From Puniceicoccales bacterium (GTDB taxonomy: Bacteria; Verrucomicrobiota; Verrucomicrobiia; Opitutales; LL51): DNA of 64,000 bases. Both the position numbers and the translations under genes were made by a program. This document shows positions 16,798 to 27,414 of this stretch, piece after piece. Within the stretch, counting starts at the first letter, position 1. Every line of letters begins with the position of its first letter. The DNA lies in assembly GCA_031284265.1 (NCBI GenBank), contig JAITAG010000039.1:2983-66982 (forward strand), read 5' to 3'. The notes below the pieces were generated by a model that had not been told where the DNA came from, did no database searches, and saw nothing but the letters and a program-made list of their open reading frames with translations.

Positions 16798-18615
16798 ATG
16801 GAAAAGCAAATGCTGATTAAACGGGAGTGCATCGAACACATTAAGGCAGTTGCCGATTTGTACGACATCGTTTCGGGATATGTACAGCTCAAGCGTTCCG
16901 GAGCGAGTTGGAAGGGATTGAGTCCCTTTACGGTTGAAAAAACGCCATCTTTTTTCGTCCATCCCGAGAAAAAATTTTTCAAATGTTTTAGTACTGGTTA
17001 CGCTGGAGATGTCTTTCGTTTTCTGGAAATCAAGGAAAATTTTTCGTTTCTCGAGGCTGTCGAATGGCTCGCTAAACGCTATGGCATCGCGGTCGACTAT
17101 GAGCGCGATCCATCGCCTAAAAATTATTCCAAAAATGAATTATTCGCAATCCACGAGGATGCGGCAGCGTATTTTCAGAAAAAATTTCAAGAAGATGCGG
17201 CAATTCAACGCTATTGGACCAAAACTCGCCACTTTTCATTGGATACGGCCCAACGCTATGGCATCGGTTGGGCTCCGAATTTTGATCAGGGATTACTCGC
17301 ATTATTCCGACGAAAAAAATACACCCCGGAGGCGCTGCAGCGGTGCGGATTATTGCGAGGAACTGAATGTGATCCCCAACGGGCTCAGTTGCGCTTTACC
17401 GGACGCCTCATGATTCCGATTTATGATGTGCAGGATCGGATTATTGCCTTTTCCGGGCGCACTATTGAAGGGGAAGGCAACCTTGCCAAATATATCAATT
17501 CCCCTGAAACGCCCCTCTTTCACAAGGGCAGCGTATTATTCGGATTAAATCATGCGCGAAAATTTGTTTCCAATCATTTTATCCTCGTGGAAGGGCCATT
17601 AGACGTATTCCGTTGCTGGGAAAATGGATTGGATGAGGCGGTAGCACCTCAGGGGACGGGGATTACGGAGATACAAATGAATTTATTGCGGCGTTATGTG
17701 CCGAAAGTCCTATGCCTCATGGATGGCGATGGGGCCGGTCAAAAATGTGCTCAACGCGCCGTGGAACTCGCCTTTAAAACGAGTATGGAATGTCAAATTG
17801 CGACCCTGGATGAAACGGACGATCCCGATTCCCTACTCCTACGGGAGGGGAAAAAAGGTTTTGAGCAATTGAAAAAGGAGTCGATGATCCCCTTTTTATT
17901 GCGTACCCTGCTATCCAGGGGAATGGAAGCAACGGCCATCGAAAAGGAAGCTTTTTTAAAAAAAATCTACGAAATGATTCATGGCTGTGATTCGGAGGTG
18001 ACGCGCAGGATTTATTTGGATGAGCTGACGGACCATCTCCATCTCGATCGCCGTGCGATTCTCAAGGATTTTCACAATTTTTGCGGCGATATAAAATTTG
18101 CGTCGTCGTCATTAAAGGTCCAAAATGGGAATGAAAAGTTTTCCTCAAAAACGGAAAAGTTGCGAACGGCGGAATATGATCTCCTATCGCTGATACTCCG
18201 CTGCCAACCATTGGGATTAAAAATTGCAGAAACCATCGATGATTGCTGGATTCGAGACAATAAACATGGCCGTTTATTGCTAAAAGTTTTAGGTGAGGTT
18301 CGAAAACATATGTGGGAAGGGCCACGGAGCGATAGCGTGGCATTTATTCCAGAAGAATTAAATGAATTTTTTTCGATTTTAGCCCTTGACGGTGAAGTAG
18401 AAGATCCTATTGAGATGGCCAATGCGTGTTTGCGATCGATTTGTACCGCTTTTGCGAAGGATCAGTTGGTGGAAATTAATCAAAAGGAGTTGATGCGAAG
18501 AAAATTTGCGAAAGATGAAAATTCACTTGACGATGTGAATTTTTTTCAAAATCTTCAGGATGAACGGACGCGTTTACGTCATCTCCTAGCGGTTTGTCCT
18601 CGGATAGAGGTATAG
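16798..18615 (+). CDS. dnaG: DNA primase (zinc-finger ligands degenerate)
   Basis: 'EKTPSFFVHPEKKFFKCFSTGYAGDVFRFL' is a CHC2-type region. TOPRIM motifs 'ILVEGPLD' and 'LMDGDGAGQKC' are present. It lies directly upstream of rpoD. Confidence 0.85.
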   Translation: MEKQMLIKRECIEHIKAVADLYDIVSGYVQLKRSGASWKGLSPFTVEKTPSFFVHPEKKFFKCFSTGYAGDVFRFLEIKENFSFLEAVEWLAKRYGIAVDYERDPSPKNYSKNELFAIHEDAAAYFQKKFQEDAAIQRYWTKTRHFSLDTAQRYGIGWAPNFDQGLLALFRRKKYTPEALQRCGLLRGTECDPQRAQLRFTGRLMIPIYDVQDRIIAFSGRTIEGEGNLAKYINSPETPLFHKGSVLFGLNHARKFVSNHFILVEGPLDVFRCWENGLDEAVAPQGTGITEIQMNLLRRYVPKVLCLMDGDGAGQKCAQRAVELAFKTSMECQIATLDETDDPDSLLLREGKKGFEQLKKESMIPFLLRTLLSRGMEATAIEKEAFLKKIYEMIHGCDSEVTRRIYLDELTDHLHLDRRAILKDFHNFCGDIKFASSSLKVQNGNEKFSSKTEKLRTAEYDLLSLILRCQPLGLKIAETIDDCWIRDNKHGRLLLKVLGEVRKHMWEGPRSDSVAFIPEELNEFFSILALDGEVEDPIEMANACLRSICTAFAKDQLVEINQKELMRRKFAKDENSLDDVNFFQNLQDERTRLRHLLAVCPRIEV

Positions 18616-18632
18616 TATGAGTTATTAGATAT

Positions 18633-20324
18633 ATGGAAAATAAAAAAACTTTGAAGAGTTCCGGCAATAATGTTAATGAGCGAATGAGGGAACTCATTCG
18701 TTTTGCGCGCGGGAAGGGTTACCTGACTTTACAGGATATTAGTACACACCTTTCTGAGGGTATCGAAAATCCCGAGGATATTGAGAATATTATGAATATT
18801 CTCGATAATCTTGAAATTGAGATTGTCGACAGTGAGGAATCTGAAGTCGAAAAGCGGCGGGCCCTAGCTGCGGCTGCGGCGGATAATCCTTCGGAAAACG
18901 TAGGTGAGGATCCGGTCCGCATGTATCTGCGGCAGATGGGGCAAGTTCCGCTACTGACACGGGATGAGGAGATTACCATTTCCAAACGCATCGAGAAGGC
19001 GGAATTACAGGCACAGGATGAGTTGTTTTCAATTCATTTGACGGCACCTTTTCAAATCGAGCTTGCGGAACGCTTACTGAACCGCGAAGAACGTTTTGAC
19101 CGCATTGTGTTGGATAAGAAGATCGAAAGCCGCGAAGTATACTACCGCATTCTAGAAAGTTCAATTCAGGAGAGCAAGTTATTATTGGAAAAAATCCATG
19201 AAATTTGGGATTATTTGCAGAAGACAACCGATGAAAAGGAACTCAAGAGGGCGTCCATTCGTTTGCATCAATTCCAATCGCAGCTCAAGACTGTGATGAA
19301 GCGTTTTTGCTTTAAAATGAAAATTTTTGAAGATTTTTTGCTGCGCTTGCGTCCCGATTTGAAACAAATTGAGCAGCTATTACATGAGATTGCGAGGGTA
19401 AAGACGGTTGCGGAACGCAAAAAAATTGACGCAAACGATCAGTTGGAGCGCATTCGTCGGGCGCTCGTGAAGTTAGAGGAAAAATACAACGTTGATCCGG
19501 AGCGGCTCCTCGAAATTGTGAAAAATTTTCGCGAGCACATGAAAGAGGCGCATAAGGCAAAGCAGGAAATGGTGGAGGCTAATTTACGCCTTGTGATCAG
19601 TATCGCCAAAAAATATACTAATCGCGGCCTAACCTTTTTGGATCTCATACAGGAGGGCAATATGGGATTGATGAAGGCGGTGGAGAAGTTCGAGCATCGA
19701 CGTGGCTACAAATTTTCGACCTATGCAACCTGGTGGATTCGCCAGGCAATTACGCGGTCCATAGCGGATCAGGCGCGGACAATTCGCATACCAGTTCACA
19801 TGATTGAGGTTTTGAATCGCGTGATGCAGATTCAGCGGCAGTTGCAGCAGGAACTCGGGCACGAAGCAACTGCGGAGGAGGTTTCGAAGGAAATGGATCT
19901 GCCATTGGATCGAGTGAAGGCCATTATGAAAATGGCTCAGCAGCCGATTTCCTTACAGAGTCCAGTGGGCGATAATGAGGATTCGACATTTGGCGATTTT
20001 ATTGAGGATAAATCGGCCGATAATCCCTACGACTTGACGGCATACAGTTTACTGCGCGAGAAAATCGATGATGTTTTGGTCAGTTTAAGTGCTCGGGAGA
20101 AAGAGGTTTTGATGCTACGTTTTGGTTTAAAGGACGGTTACAGTCGGACGCTGGAAGAAGTGGGGCAGATGTTTCAAGTAACGCGGGAGCGAATTCGCCA
20201 AATCGAAGCCAAAGCATTGCGGAAAATGCGGCATCCCACGCGTATTCGTCAGTTGCATGGATTTTTTGAAGGTGAATTTACAACGGATGGTCCTGGATTC
20301 GAAGACTTTGCCCATTCGGGATAG
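18633..20324 (+). CDS. rpoD: primary RNA polymerase sigma factor (sigma-70/66 family)
   Basis: Region 2 '[27 protein letters not shown]', region 3 and region 4 '[30 protein letters not shown]'. Confidence 0.95.
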   Translation: MENKKTLKSSGNNVNERMRELIRFARGKGYLTLQDISTHLSEGIENPEDIENIMNILDNLEIEIVDSEESEVEKRRALAAAAADNPSENVGEDPVRMYLRQMGQVPLLTRDEEITISKRIEKAELQAQDELFSIHLTAPFQIELAERLLNREERFDRIVLDKKIESREVYYRILESSIQESKLLLEKIHEIWDYLQKTTDEKELKRASIRLHQFQSQLKTVMKRFCFKMKIFEDFLLRLRPDLKQIEQLLHEIARVKTVAERKKIDANDQLERIRRALVKLEEKYNVDPERLLEIVKNFREHMKEAHKAKQEMVEANLRLVISIAKKYTNRGLTFLDLIQEGNMGLMKAVEKFEHRRGYKFSTYATWWIRQAITRSIADQARTIRIPVHMIEVLNRVMQIQRQLQQELGHEATAEEVSKEMDLPLDRVKAIMKMAQQPISLQSPVGDNEDSTFGDFIEDKSADNPYDLTAYSLLREKIDDVLVSLSAREKEVLMLRFGLKDGYSRTLEEVGQMFQVTRERIRQIEAKALRKMRHPTRIRQLHGFFEGEFTTDGPGFEDFAHSG

Positions 20325-20576
20325 TTTGCCAAATATTTTCGACAGATTTAAGAAAAATCATTTTTTAAAATTTCGCAACGCATATCAGGCGGGGGTGTTT
20401 TCGATGAATTAGGGAAAAACTTGACAAATAAGGCGTTTACTTTTAAAACTTTTAGAGCCTTTTCGATATTTTATTCAATTCATCGGGAAAGTCTGGGTCT
20501 AGTGAAGCGAAAAGATACAATTGTTAGAAAAATTGTTTTGCTTTAAGGAAATTTTTGCTGAAATTGCCTTCTAGCG

Positions 20577-22970
20577 ATGAAAGTAAGTTTAAGTTGGCTA
20601 AGACGATTTGTCGATTTACGGGATGTGCCCGAGGGTATTGGAGAAACATTTGTAAAAGTTGGATTTGAAGTAGAATCGGTTACCCGCAAAGAATTTGCGG
20701 AGAATGATTGGGTCGTTGTGGGGAAAATACTTGACTTTAAAAAACATCCCGATTCGGATTATCTCAATGTTTGCCAGGTTGATGTCGGCGATGGAAGCAT
20801 TCGGCAAATTGTCTGCGGTGCCAAAAATTTCAAACAAAACGATTACGTTCCGGTGGCCCTACCGGGAGCCCTACTGCCCGGCGCCGTAAAAATAAAAAAA
20901 TCAAAACTTCGCGGAGTAGAATCGGAAGGAATGATGTGTAGCAGCCGCGAATTGGGCCTAGGAAATGATCAAGCGGGCTTACTTATTCTGGAAAAAGAAT
21001 GGCCGTTGGGTACGAAAATTCACGATATTTTCAAGGATAGCGATGTTATTTTTGAACTGGAGTTGACGGCCAATCGCGGCGATGCACTCAGTCACTACGG
21101 TGTTGCCCGTGAGCTCGCAGCCTGGTATAATTTGCCATTGCGGCCCATTGCCGTACCGCCAATCGAAGAAAATTTTCCAAAAAATAATTTAGGCGATGAT
21201 TTAGCGATCCGCGTTGAATCCCAAAATTGTGAATTCTATTCGGCGATCGTTCTAAAAAACGTAAAAATTGGAGAGAGCGTAGATTGGATTCGCCGTGATT
21301 TGGAGGCGGTTGGCATTGCCGTGGTGAACAATGTTGTGGACATTACAAATTGGGTGATGTTGGCCTATGGGCAACCGCTCCACGCCTTCGATCGCGCAAA
21401 AATCGGAAAAACAATCATTGTTCGTGGAGCTAGGCGGGGTGAAAAAATCGCCACACTCGATGGTAAGGCGCACGAAGTCGATGAAGAAATGCTATTAATT
21501 TGCGATGAAAATGGTCCCCTAGCGATTGGGGGAGTAATCGGTGGAGAGTCGACAAAAATTACGGAAACAACGGTAGAAATCGTATTGGAAAGTGCCTGTT
21601 TTACTGCCGATAGTGTGCGTAAAACTGCAAAAAAGTTGGCCATTGCCACGGACAGTGCCCATCGCTACGCACGCCACGTCGATGTGGCCCAAACGGAAAA
21701 TTTCGGAAAAATTGCCGCTCAAATGCTCATCGATCTTTGCGGAGCAGAATTGGCAGCGCCGATCAAAAAAATACCGAAACAGCCACCATCTTTAGCCCAA
21801 AAAATTGAATTGGATCCCAATTTTGTTCGAAAAGTTTTAGGCTTTTCGATCGATGACGATGACATCGCGGACCTATTGACGCGCCTACAATACACCGTCA
21901 ACCGCAGCAATCCTAGAATGTGGATTGTCGAATCGCCATCCTACCGCTGGGAAGTAACGCGGCCCATCGATCTCGTCGAAGAATGTTTGCGCATATGCGG
22001 CGTCCATAAAATTCCCGAAACTCCAATTACCGCACGAGTAACGGATCAGGAATCGCTTGCAAGCGTAAAAAAACGAAATTCAATGGTACAATTTTTAGTG
22101 GATAACGGCTTCAGTGAGTGCTACAATTACTCGCTGTGTCGCGAATCGGCTGGAGCGCTGGCGGTAGCCAATCCCCTGCTCGACGACCAAACACACCTGC
22201 GAACATCGCTAATTCCCGGATTGATCGAAAATTTTCGATACAATTTGCAAAACGATAGCCGCCATGGAAGGTTTTTTGAGTTCGGCCATGTCGTCAGAAA
22301 ATTGGATGAATCCTTCGAAGAATTCATCGCCCTCGCATTTCTAATACCCACGGAATCCCGGGATACGCACTGGAATCGTTTTCAAGAACCCACATTTTTC
22401 GACGCTAAAAATCTAATGCGTCAAATTTGGACTATGGCCGGCGACGAGCCCTTTGAACCGATGGTGAACTGTAAAAAATCCCCGTTCGAAGAAAAATATT
22501 CCGCCCAAATAGGTGATCTGGAAACAAAATCCATGGAGGCATGCGTCGGATTTTTAGAAAGTGAACGGGTAAAAGCATTTAAAATGCCACTGATTGCCGG
22601 GGAAATATTGATAAAAATTCCCCCGTTTGAGCGAAAAAACAAAAATAAAAAATATAAATCTTTCAGCCATTTTCCAACGGCAAAGCGGGATATTTCGCTC
22701 ATCGTTGACAATGACCGGCCAGCCCAGGAAATCGTCGACGGAATCAAAATAATGGTGGAAGAAATTTCGAAGGGTATTTTTTCGGGCGTTGAAATTACTA
22801 TTTTTGACATTTACCGGGGCGTAAATTTACCGAAAAATAAAAAAAGTTTGGGCTTGAGTTTGTGCTTTAGGAATGATCAAAAAACACCATCGGATCGGGA
22901 AATCGATCAAGTTTTTGGACAATTAATCGCACAAATTCGACAAAATTCTGCGTTTGAATTGCGCGGATAA
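20577..22970 (+). CDS. pheT: phenylalanine--tRNA ligase beta subunit
   Basis: N-terminal 'MKVSLSWLRRFVDL' and a tRNA-binding OB domain, with B3/4, B5 and C-terminal FDX-ACB-like regions. 797 aa. Confidence 0.9.
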   Translation: MKVSLSWLRRFVDLRDVPEGIGETFVKVGFEVESVTRKEFAENDWVVVGKILDFKKHPDSDYLNVCQVDVGDGSIRQIVCGAKNFKQNDYVPVALPGALLPGAVKIKKSKLRGVESEGMMCSSRELGLGNDQAGLLILEKEWPLGTKIHDIFKDSDVIFELELTANRGDALSHYGVARELAAWYNLPLRPIAVPPIEENFPKNNLGDDLAIRVESQNCEFYSAIVLKNVKIGESVDWIRRDLEAVGIAVVNNVVDITNWVMLAYGQPLHAFDRAKIGKTIIVRGARRGEKIATLDGKAHEVDEEMLLICDENGPLAIGGVIGGESTKITETTVEIVLESACFTADSVRKTAKKLAIATDSAHRYARHVDVAQTENFGKIAAQMLIDLCGAELAAPIKKIPKQPPSLAQKIELDPNFVRKVLGFSIDDDDIADLLTRLQYTVNRSNPRMWIVESPSYRWEVTRPIDLVEECLRICGVHKIPETPITARVTDQESLASVKKRNSMVQFLVDNGFSECYNYSLCRESAGALAVANPLLDDQTHLRTSLIPGLIENFRYNLQNDSRHGRFFEFGHVVRKLDESFEEFIALAFLIPTESRDTHWNRFQEPTFFDAKNLMRQIWTMAGDEPFEPMVNCKKSPFEEKYSAQIGDLETKSMEACVGFLESERVKAFKMPLIAGEILIKIPPFERKNKNKKYKSFSHFPTAKRDISLIVDNDRPAQEIVDGIKIMVEEISKGIFSGVEITIFDIYRGVNLPKNKKSLGLSLCFRNDQKTPSDREIDQVFGQLIAQIRQNSAFELRG

Positions 22971-22987
22971 TTTAACATAGAGGAACG

Positions 22988-23764
22988 ATGACGGCAACTA
23001 TTTTTTCGATCGCGAATCAAAAGGGAGGAGTCGGTAAGACGACGACGGCCATCAATTTATCGGCTTCGCTCGCCCGTAAGGGAATCACAACGCTTTTGAT
23101 CGACCTCGATCCCCAAGGGAATACGACGAGCGGACTTGGATTGGAAAAAGAAAGCGGCGGCAGCTTATACGATGTGCTCCACGGCGAGGCAAATGCGATC
23201 GATCGCGTTAAAGAAACAGTGCAAAAAAATCTCTCCATTATTCCCGCAGAAGTCGATTTGGCGGCCATTGAAGTTGAATTGAGCCAAAAGGGAGACTATC
23301 TGATGCGCCTGCGCCAGTGCCTTTCACCCATAAAAAGCTCCGATCGCTTCCGTGCCATTATCCTAGATTGCCCACCGGCATTGGGATTGATTTCAATGAA
23401 TAGTTTGGCCTGCGCGGATAAGCTCATCGTGACACTCCAATGCGAATACCTAGCGCTCGAAGGCCTTAGCCAAATTTTAAACGTCGTGGAAGATTTGCGT
23501 ACCCGCGGCATCAATCCTTCCCTGGAAGTGGGAGGAATTTTGATGACAATGTTCGATATTCGTACCAATTTATCGCACCAAATTGCCGATGACGTAAAAA
23601 AACATTTTCCGCAACTAGCCTTTGAAACGGTAATTCCACGTTCCATTCGCCTGAGTGAGGCGCCAAGCTTTGGTCAGTCCATTTTTGACTACGACAAAAT
23701 GAGTAGCGGCGCTAAGGCCTATGATCGATTTGGGGATGAAGTGATTCAGCGCTTTAGCCTCTAG
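22988..23764 (+). CDS. parA: ParA/Soj-family partition ATPase
   Basis: Deviant Walker A 'NQKGGVGKTTTAINL', 'IDLDPQGN' and 'IILDCPP'. Confidence 0.9.
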   Translation: MTATIFSIANQKGGVGKTTTAINLSASLARKGITTLLIDLDPQGNTTSGLGLEKESGGSLYDVLHGEANAIDRVKETVQKNLSIIPAEVDLAAIEVELSQKGDYLMRLRQCLSPIKSSDRFRAIILDCPPALGLISMNSLACADKLIVTLQCEYLALEGLSQILNVVEDLRTRGINPSLEVGGILMTMFDIRTNLSHQIADDVKKHFPQLAFETVIPRSIRLSEAPSFGQSIFDYDKMSSGAKAYDRFGDEVIQRFSL

Positions 23765-23944
23765 GTCCAGAACTTGTAAGTAAAAATATTGACAAATTTC
23801 TGAAATTTTATAGAGTGAAATGCTTCAATCTTAAACGCGCCGTTTGTTCCCACCCTCTACCATCCAGCATTGATCCCATTCCTTAATTTGTCAAGCAATT
23901 TTTCCTAATTCATTCTGCAAATCCCCAATCTAAGAAACAATGGG

Positions 23945-24658
23945 CTACCCAAAAAGTTTATCGATATCTCCCTGGGTAAGTAATTTGACATCGCCGACGC
24001 TGAGACTTTTCAATTTTAATTGGCCGATCTGGATACGTTTTAGGCGATGCACGTGGCTGTTGCATTTTTCAATCATGCGGCGAATTTCGCGTTTCCGGCC
24101 TTGCTTCAGGTGAATTTCGAGGACCTGATGGCCATTGCTTTGGGGACATTCCAAAATTTTTTCTGCTCTCAAAAGTTCCCCTTCATCTTCGAAACCCCGT
24201 AACATTTTTGCAATCTGGTCCGAGGTAACCGGTTTTGCAAGTATTACGGAATAAATTTTTATAATATTGGAACTGGGATGGGTAAGTCGGTTAGCAAAAT
24301 CGCCGTCATTGGTAAGAATGAGCATGCCTTGACTTTCCTTGTCGAGGCGGCCACAGTAGAGAAACCGTTCACGGGCAAAGGGACGGGGAATAAAATCGAA
24401 AACCGTTTGTCCGGCATTATATTTACTTGGTGCAGTGCATTCAATACCGCGGGGTTTATTGAGCATGAGAACGATGGTTTTTGGAGGAGCGCTGCGGATG
24501 TGTATCTGGTCGACCCTGACGATATCCCTTGTTTCGTCAATAATTTGGCCGATTGTCGCCGGTTGGCCGTTGACGGTGACGCGAAATTCTGTGACGAGCG
24601 CCTCCGCCTTTCGCCGCGCACAATAGCCACATTGGGACAAAAATTTCTGAATTCGCAT
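23945..24658 (-). CDS. pseudouridine synthase, RsuA/RluB family
   Basis: S4 domain 'MRIQKFLSQCGYCARRKAEALV' and the catalytic 'GRLDKESQGMLILTNDG'. Confidence 0.85.
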   Translation of the reverse strand: MRIQKFLSQCGYCARRKAEALVTEFRVTVNGQPATIGQIIDETRDIVRVDQIHIRSAPPKTIVLMLNKPRGIECTAPSKYNAGQTVFDFIPRPFARERFLYCGRLDKESQGMLILTNDGDFANRLTHPSSNIIKIYSVILAKPVTSDQIAKMLRGFEDEGELLRAEKILECPQSNGHQVLEIHLKQGRKREIRRMIEKCNSHVHRLKRIQIGQLKLKSLSVGDVKLLTQGDIDKLFG

Positions 24659-24662
24659 GGTT

Positions 24663-24917
24663 CTATTTGTTCAAGGTATTTTCATTTGGCAAATCAAATA
24701 CTTCAATAATTTTTTGACGAGACCTTTCGCCGACAATGATTTTGATGCGATTTTTCGAAACCTTAAAATGCTTAGCAAGTAGCTGAATTACGGCTTTATT
24801 GGCTCTACCATCTTCGGGTGGCGTCTGTACTTTGACTTTTAAATCGCCATTTTCTTCGGTGATTAATTCAGAACGGGAAGCATTGGGTATAACTTTCAAA
24901 TTAAAGCGCATGGGCAA
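24663..24917 (-). CDS. DUF167 (YggU-like) protein
   Basis: 'VIPNASRSEL....LKVKVQTPPEDGRANKAVIQLLAKHFKVSKNRIKIIVGERSRQK' matches the YggU pattern. Confidence 0.75.
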   Translation of the reverse strand: MPMRFNLKVIPNASRSELITEENGDLKVKVQTPPEDGRANKAVIQLLAKHFKVSKNRIKIIVGERSRQKIIEVFDLPNENTLNK

Positions 24918-25198
24918 ACGACCAGTAAAAAATAATTGCCGCCAATAAAGATTCTCTCCCCATTATTCCAATATTCCGTCGATGTTGAAACTTTTCCATT
25001 AAAAACACTTGACAACTATTAAAATTCAAGTCAGAGTAAGTGGGATGATTAAAAGGGTGGGGACCGCATTTAACCGCTAAACTCCCGATCCCTTCTAATT
25101 CCGGGGGAAATTTTTTCAAATACCCTTGGAATTCAAAGAGAAAACAAAGGAATCGAAAAATTTGTATTGCCGAAAAGCTTTTTTTTGATGTAAAGGCA

Positions 25199-25618
25199 TT
25201 GACCATGAAGGGTGTCGAAAGTTTTTGGGATAAAGAAAATTTCGGAAAGCTATTTATTCGATTGGCTGTGGGGTTATTTTTCATTGCACTGGGTATCCGT
25301 CATTTTTCGAGTGGCATGCCATCGTTGCAAGCGCTGGGAAATATTTTTAGTGTCATTGGCATTACATTTTGGCCGGGCGCATGGGGAGTTTTTTCCGCGG
25401 TCACTTTAATTCTGTCGGGAATGTGTTTTCTCATTGGATTTTTTTTTCGTACCAACTGCGCCTTACTCCTATTGGTTTTTTTTCTCAAACTTCTAGCGAC
25501 TTGGTTTTTTTCAAAAAATTTCTTTGACGCGGAATTTCTGTTAAGCGCCTCGTTATCCGTGTTACTGTTTTCCTTTCTTTTCATGGGAGCGGGGCGTTTT
25601 AGTTCGGATGGAAAATGA
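25199..25618 (+). CDS. small 4-TM membrane protein, DoxX-like
   Basis: Four hydrophobic segments. 'GKLFIRLAVGLFFIALGIRHF' resembles the DoxX N-terminus. The family call is tentative. Confidence 0.45.
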   Translation: MTMKGVESFWDKENFGKLFIRLAVGLFFIALGIRHFSSGMPSLQALGNIFSVIGITFWPGAWGVFSAVTLILSGMCFLIGFFFRTNCALLLLVFFLKLLATWFFSKNFFDAEFLLSASLSVLLFSFLFMGAGRFSSDGK

Positions 25619-25626
25619 ATAGAAAT

Positions 25627-27414
25627 TTACTCGAACTTCAACCCATTCCAAAGTAATTGTTCATTTATAATTAGACGCTGCAGCCTTCGCTGTTTTTCTT
25701 CCACAATTTTTTCACCCCAAATGCGATTGATGTCGAAAAAACTGATATAAATCGCAAGGCCGAGCAATAGGAACATAAAAATGAATTGGATGCCGGCTAC
25801 CATCCGAATGGCAATTTTTTTGCGCAGGAGTAATTCCAACAGAACCAGGGCAATAATCCCTCCATCGAGAATGGGAAGTGGAAGTAAATTACAAATCGCA
25901 AGATTGACGTTCAGGACGATGACGAACCAAAGGAGTAAGCGAAAATCGTAGGTCGCAAACGTATTTAAAGTTTTTATAATTCCAGGTGGCCCCATGAGAT
26001 TTTTTAAATGAACGTCGGAGGATGGCGAGATTAGGCTACCCAAGGTCAAAAAAGTGAGGTGTGCGCTTTCTATAATTTGTTCCAATGGATTTTTATGGCA
26101 CAGTACCTGGGTTCCCCGCAATTCGACGCCGAATCTGTGATAATTTTCCGGAGAAACAAATTTTACTTTTTTGATAATGAGGTGAAGGTCCATATTATCG
26201 ATGGTAAATTCAATCGGCCTTTCGATCGTGTTTTGACAAATAAATAGGGCATCGGAAAAATTGGAAATCGCCTGTCCATGAATCGATGTCACTTTACTTG
26301 CAGCATGTAACTCCGGATATTTTTTCTGAAATTCCTGGGACAGCGATAATAGCTGCAACTCACAGATATCTTTGCAAGGATCTTTTATGGAATCCCTTCC
26401 ATCGAAGGAGGGAAAAAATTCCCAAACACCGTCCGTTGTTGTCAATTCTATGTAAGGACGAGTGAGGGGAAGGGATAGAGGTTTTAGGGCAGCGTTAATT
26501 TGTTTTCCGAAACGTTCAACCGTCAATCGAATATTTGGCGAATCTTTTAACATATCGTTGAGCTGGGAAGAGGAAAGGAGGGGAACGCCGTTGACGGAAC
26601 ATAATTTATCGCCGACTTGTAACCCGGCCTGTTCTGCGGGAGAATTTTCGTAAATCTTTGAAATGACCAATTCTTGAAAAGTTTCGATACCGATGATGCG
26701 AATGGATTCCTTAGAGCGCACGTTTTGTTCGACGAGTACGGGATGGAGCGTCAGTTCTTTTAATTTTCCTTTGCGTACGATTCTAATGGCCGATAGGGGA
26801 CCTTGTTGATCGCGGTTTGTTCCTAGGGCAATTCCGTGAATAATATCTTCAAAATTACAGGTTTTACGGCCATCGATGGCTATAATTTCGTCGCCAATTT
26901 CAATGCCCGCTACCTTTGCAGGACCGGGAACTGTTATTCCATTGGGAAGTTTGATTTCTGAGTGAACGTAACCCACGATATTATTGGTTGTACTTTGGGC
27001 CTGGCGAATGCCCATTTTCCAGAGAATAGTAGCCAGAATAAGGGCAAAAATAATGTTGAAAATTGCTCCCATTGCCGAGACAATTATTTTATCCATACTG
27101 GAAACGGGTTTAGCTGTTTCGGGAATCTTATATTTTCCCTCGAGACTCTTCGCTTCCATCAGCTGGGGAAGTGCGACGTAGCCCCCCAAGGGCAAAAGTG
27201 AAAGACAAAATTCCGTTTTGCCGATTGTTTTAGAAAAAATTCGTGGTCCAAATCCAATGGAAAAGCGCGGTACAAATAATTTTCTTCGCTTTGCAGCTAG
27301 GAAATGTCCCAGTTCGTGAACGAAAATTGATCCCCCAAAGAATACAATGACCCAGAAAATAGCTTTAAAATTTAAGGATTCTAGACCGGAATAAAATGAC
27401 TGAAAGAAATCCAT
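25627..27414 (-). CDS. rseP: RIP site-2 metalloprotease (M50, RseP/YaeL-like) with PDZ domains
   Basis: 'VHELGHFLAAK' (HExxH), 'NLLPLPILDGG', and PDZ-like 'GIEIGDEIIAIDG' / 'GLQVGDKLCSVNG'. 595 aa. Confidence 0.9.
   Translation of the reverse strand: MDFFQSFYSGLESLNFKAIFWVIVFFGGSIFVHELGHFLAAKRRKLFVPRFSIGFGPRIFSKTIGKTEFCLSLLPLGGYVALPQLMEAKSLEGKYKIPETAKPVSSMDKIIVSAMGAIFNIIFALILATILWKMGIRQAQSTTNNIVGYVHSEIKLPNGITVPGPAKVAGIEIGDEIIAIDGRKTCNFEDIIHGIALGTNRDQQGPLSAIRIVRKGKLKELTLHPVLVEQNVRSKESIRIIGIETFQELVISKIYENSPAEQAGLQVGDKLCSVNGVPLLSSSQLNDMLKDSPNIRLTVERFGKQINAALKPLSLPLTRPYIELTTTDGVWEFFPSFDGRDSIKDPCKDICELQLLSLSQEFQKKYPELHAASKVTSIHGQAISNFSDALFICQNTIERPIEFTIDNMDLHLIIKKVKFVSPENYHRFGVELRGTQVLCHKNPLEQIIESAHLTFLTLGSLISPSSDVHLKNLMGPPGIIKTLNTFATYDFRLLLWFVIVLNVNLAICNLLPLPILDGGIIALVLLELLLRKKIAIRMVAGIQFIFMFLLLGLAIYISFFDINRIWGEKIVEEKQRRLQRLIINEQLLWNGLKFE

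Noticed and set aside
16605-16982. 125-aa minus-strand ORF overlapping the dnaG 5' end and the promoter region.
   Set aside because: It is antisense to the well-supported dnaG N-terminus and has no recognisable features.
18719-20315. Numerous 60-120-aa antisense or off-frame ORFs inside large genes (rpoD, pheT, SNF2 helicase, tlc, AGCS, secretin, gatA and others).
   Set aside because: They are nested within strongly motif-supported CDS on the other strand or frame. They are typical shadow ORFs.
23765-23944. TTGACA-containing promoter-like sequence and a 180-bp spacer between convergent parA and the pseudouridine synthase, as a possible sRNA.
   Set aside because: The -10 spacing is poor and I see no terminator or conserved structure. 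The evidence is insufficient to call an ncRNA.
24901-25284. 127-aa minus-strand ORF spanning the DUF167/DoxX intergenic region.
   Set aside because: It overlaps the starts of both neighbouring genes, has no motif, and has the composition of non-coding AT-rich spacer. It is likely spurious.
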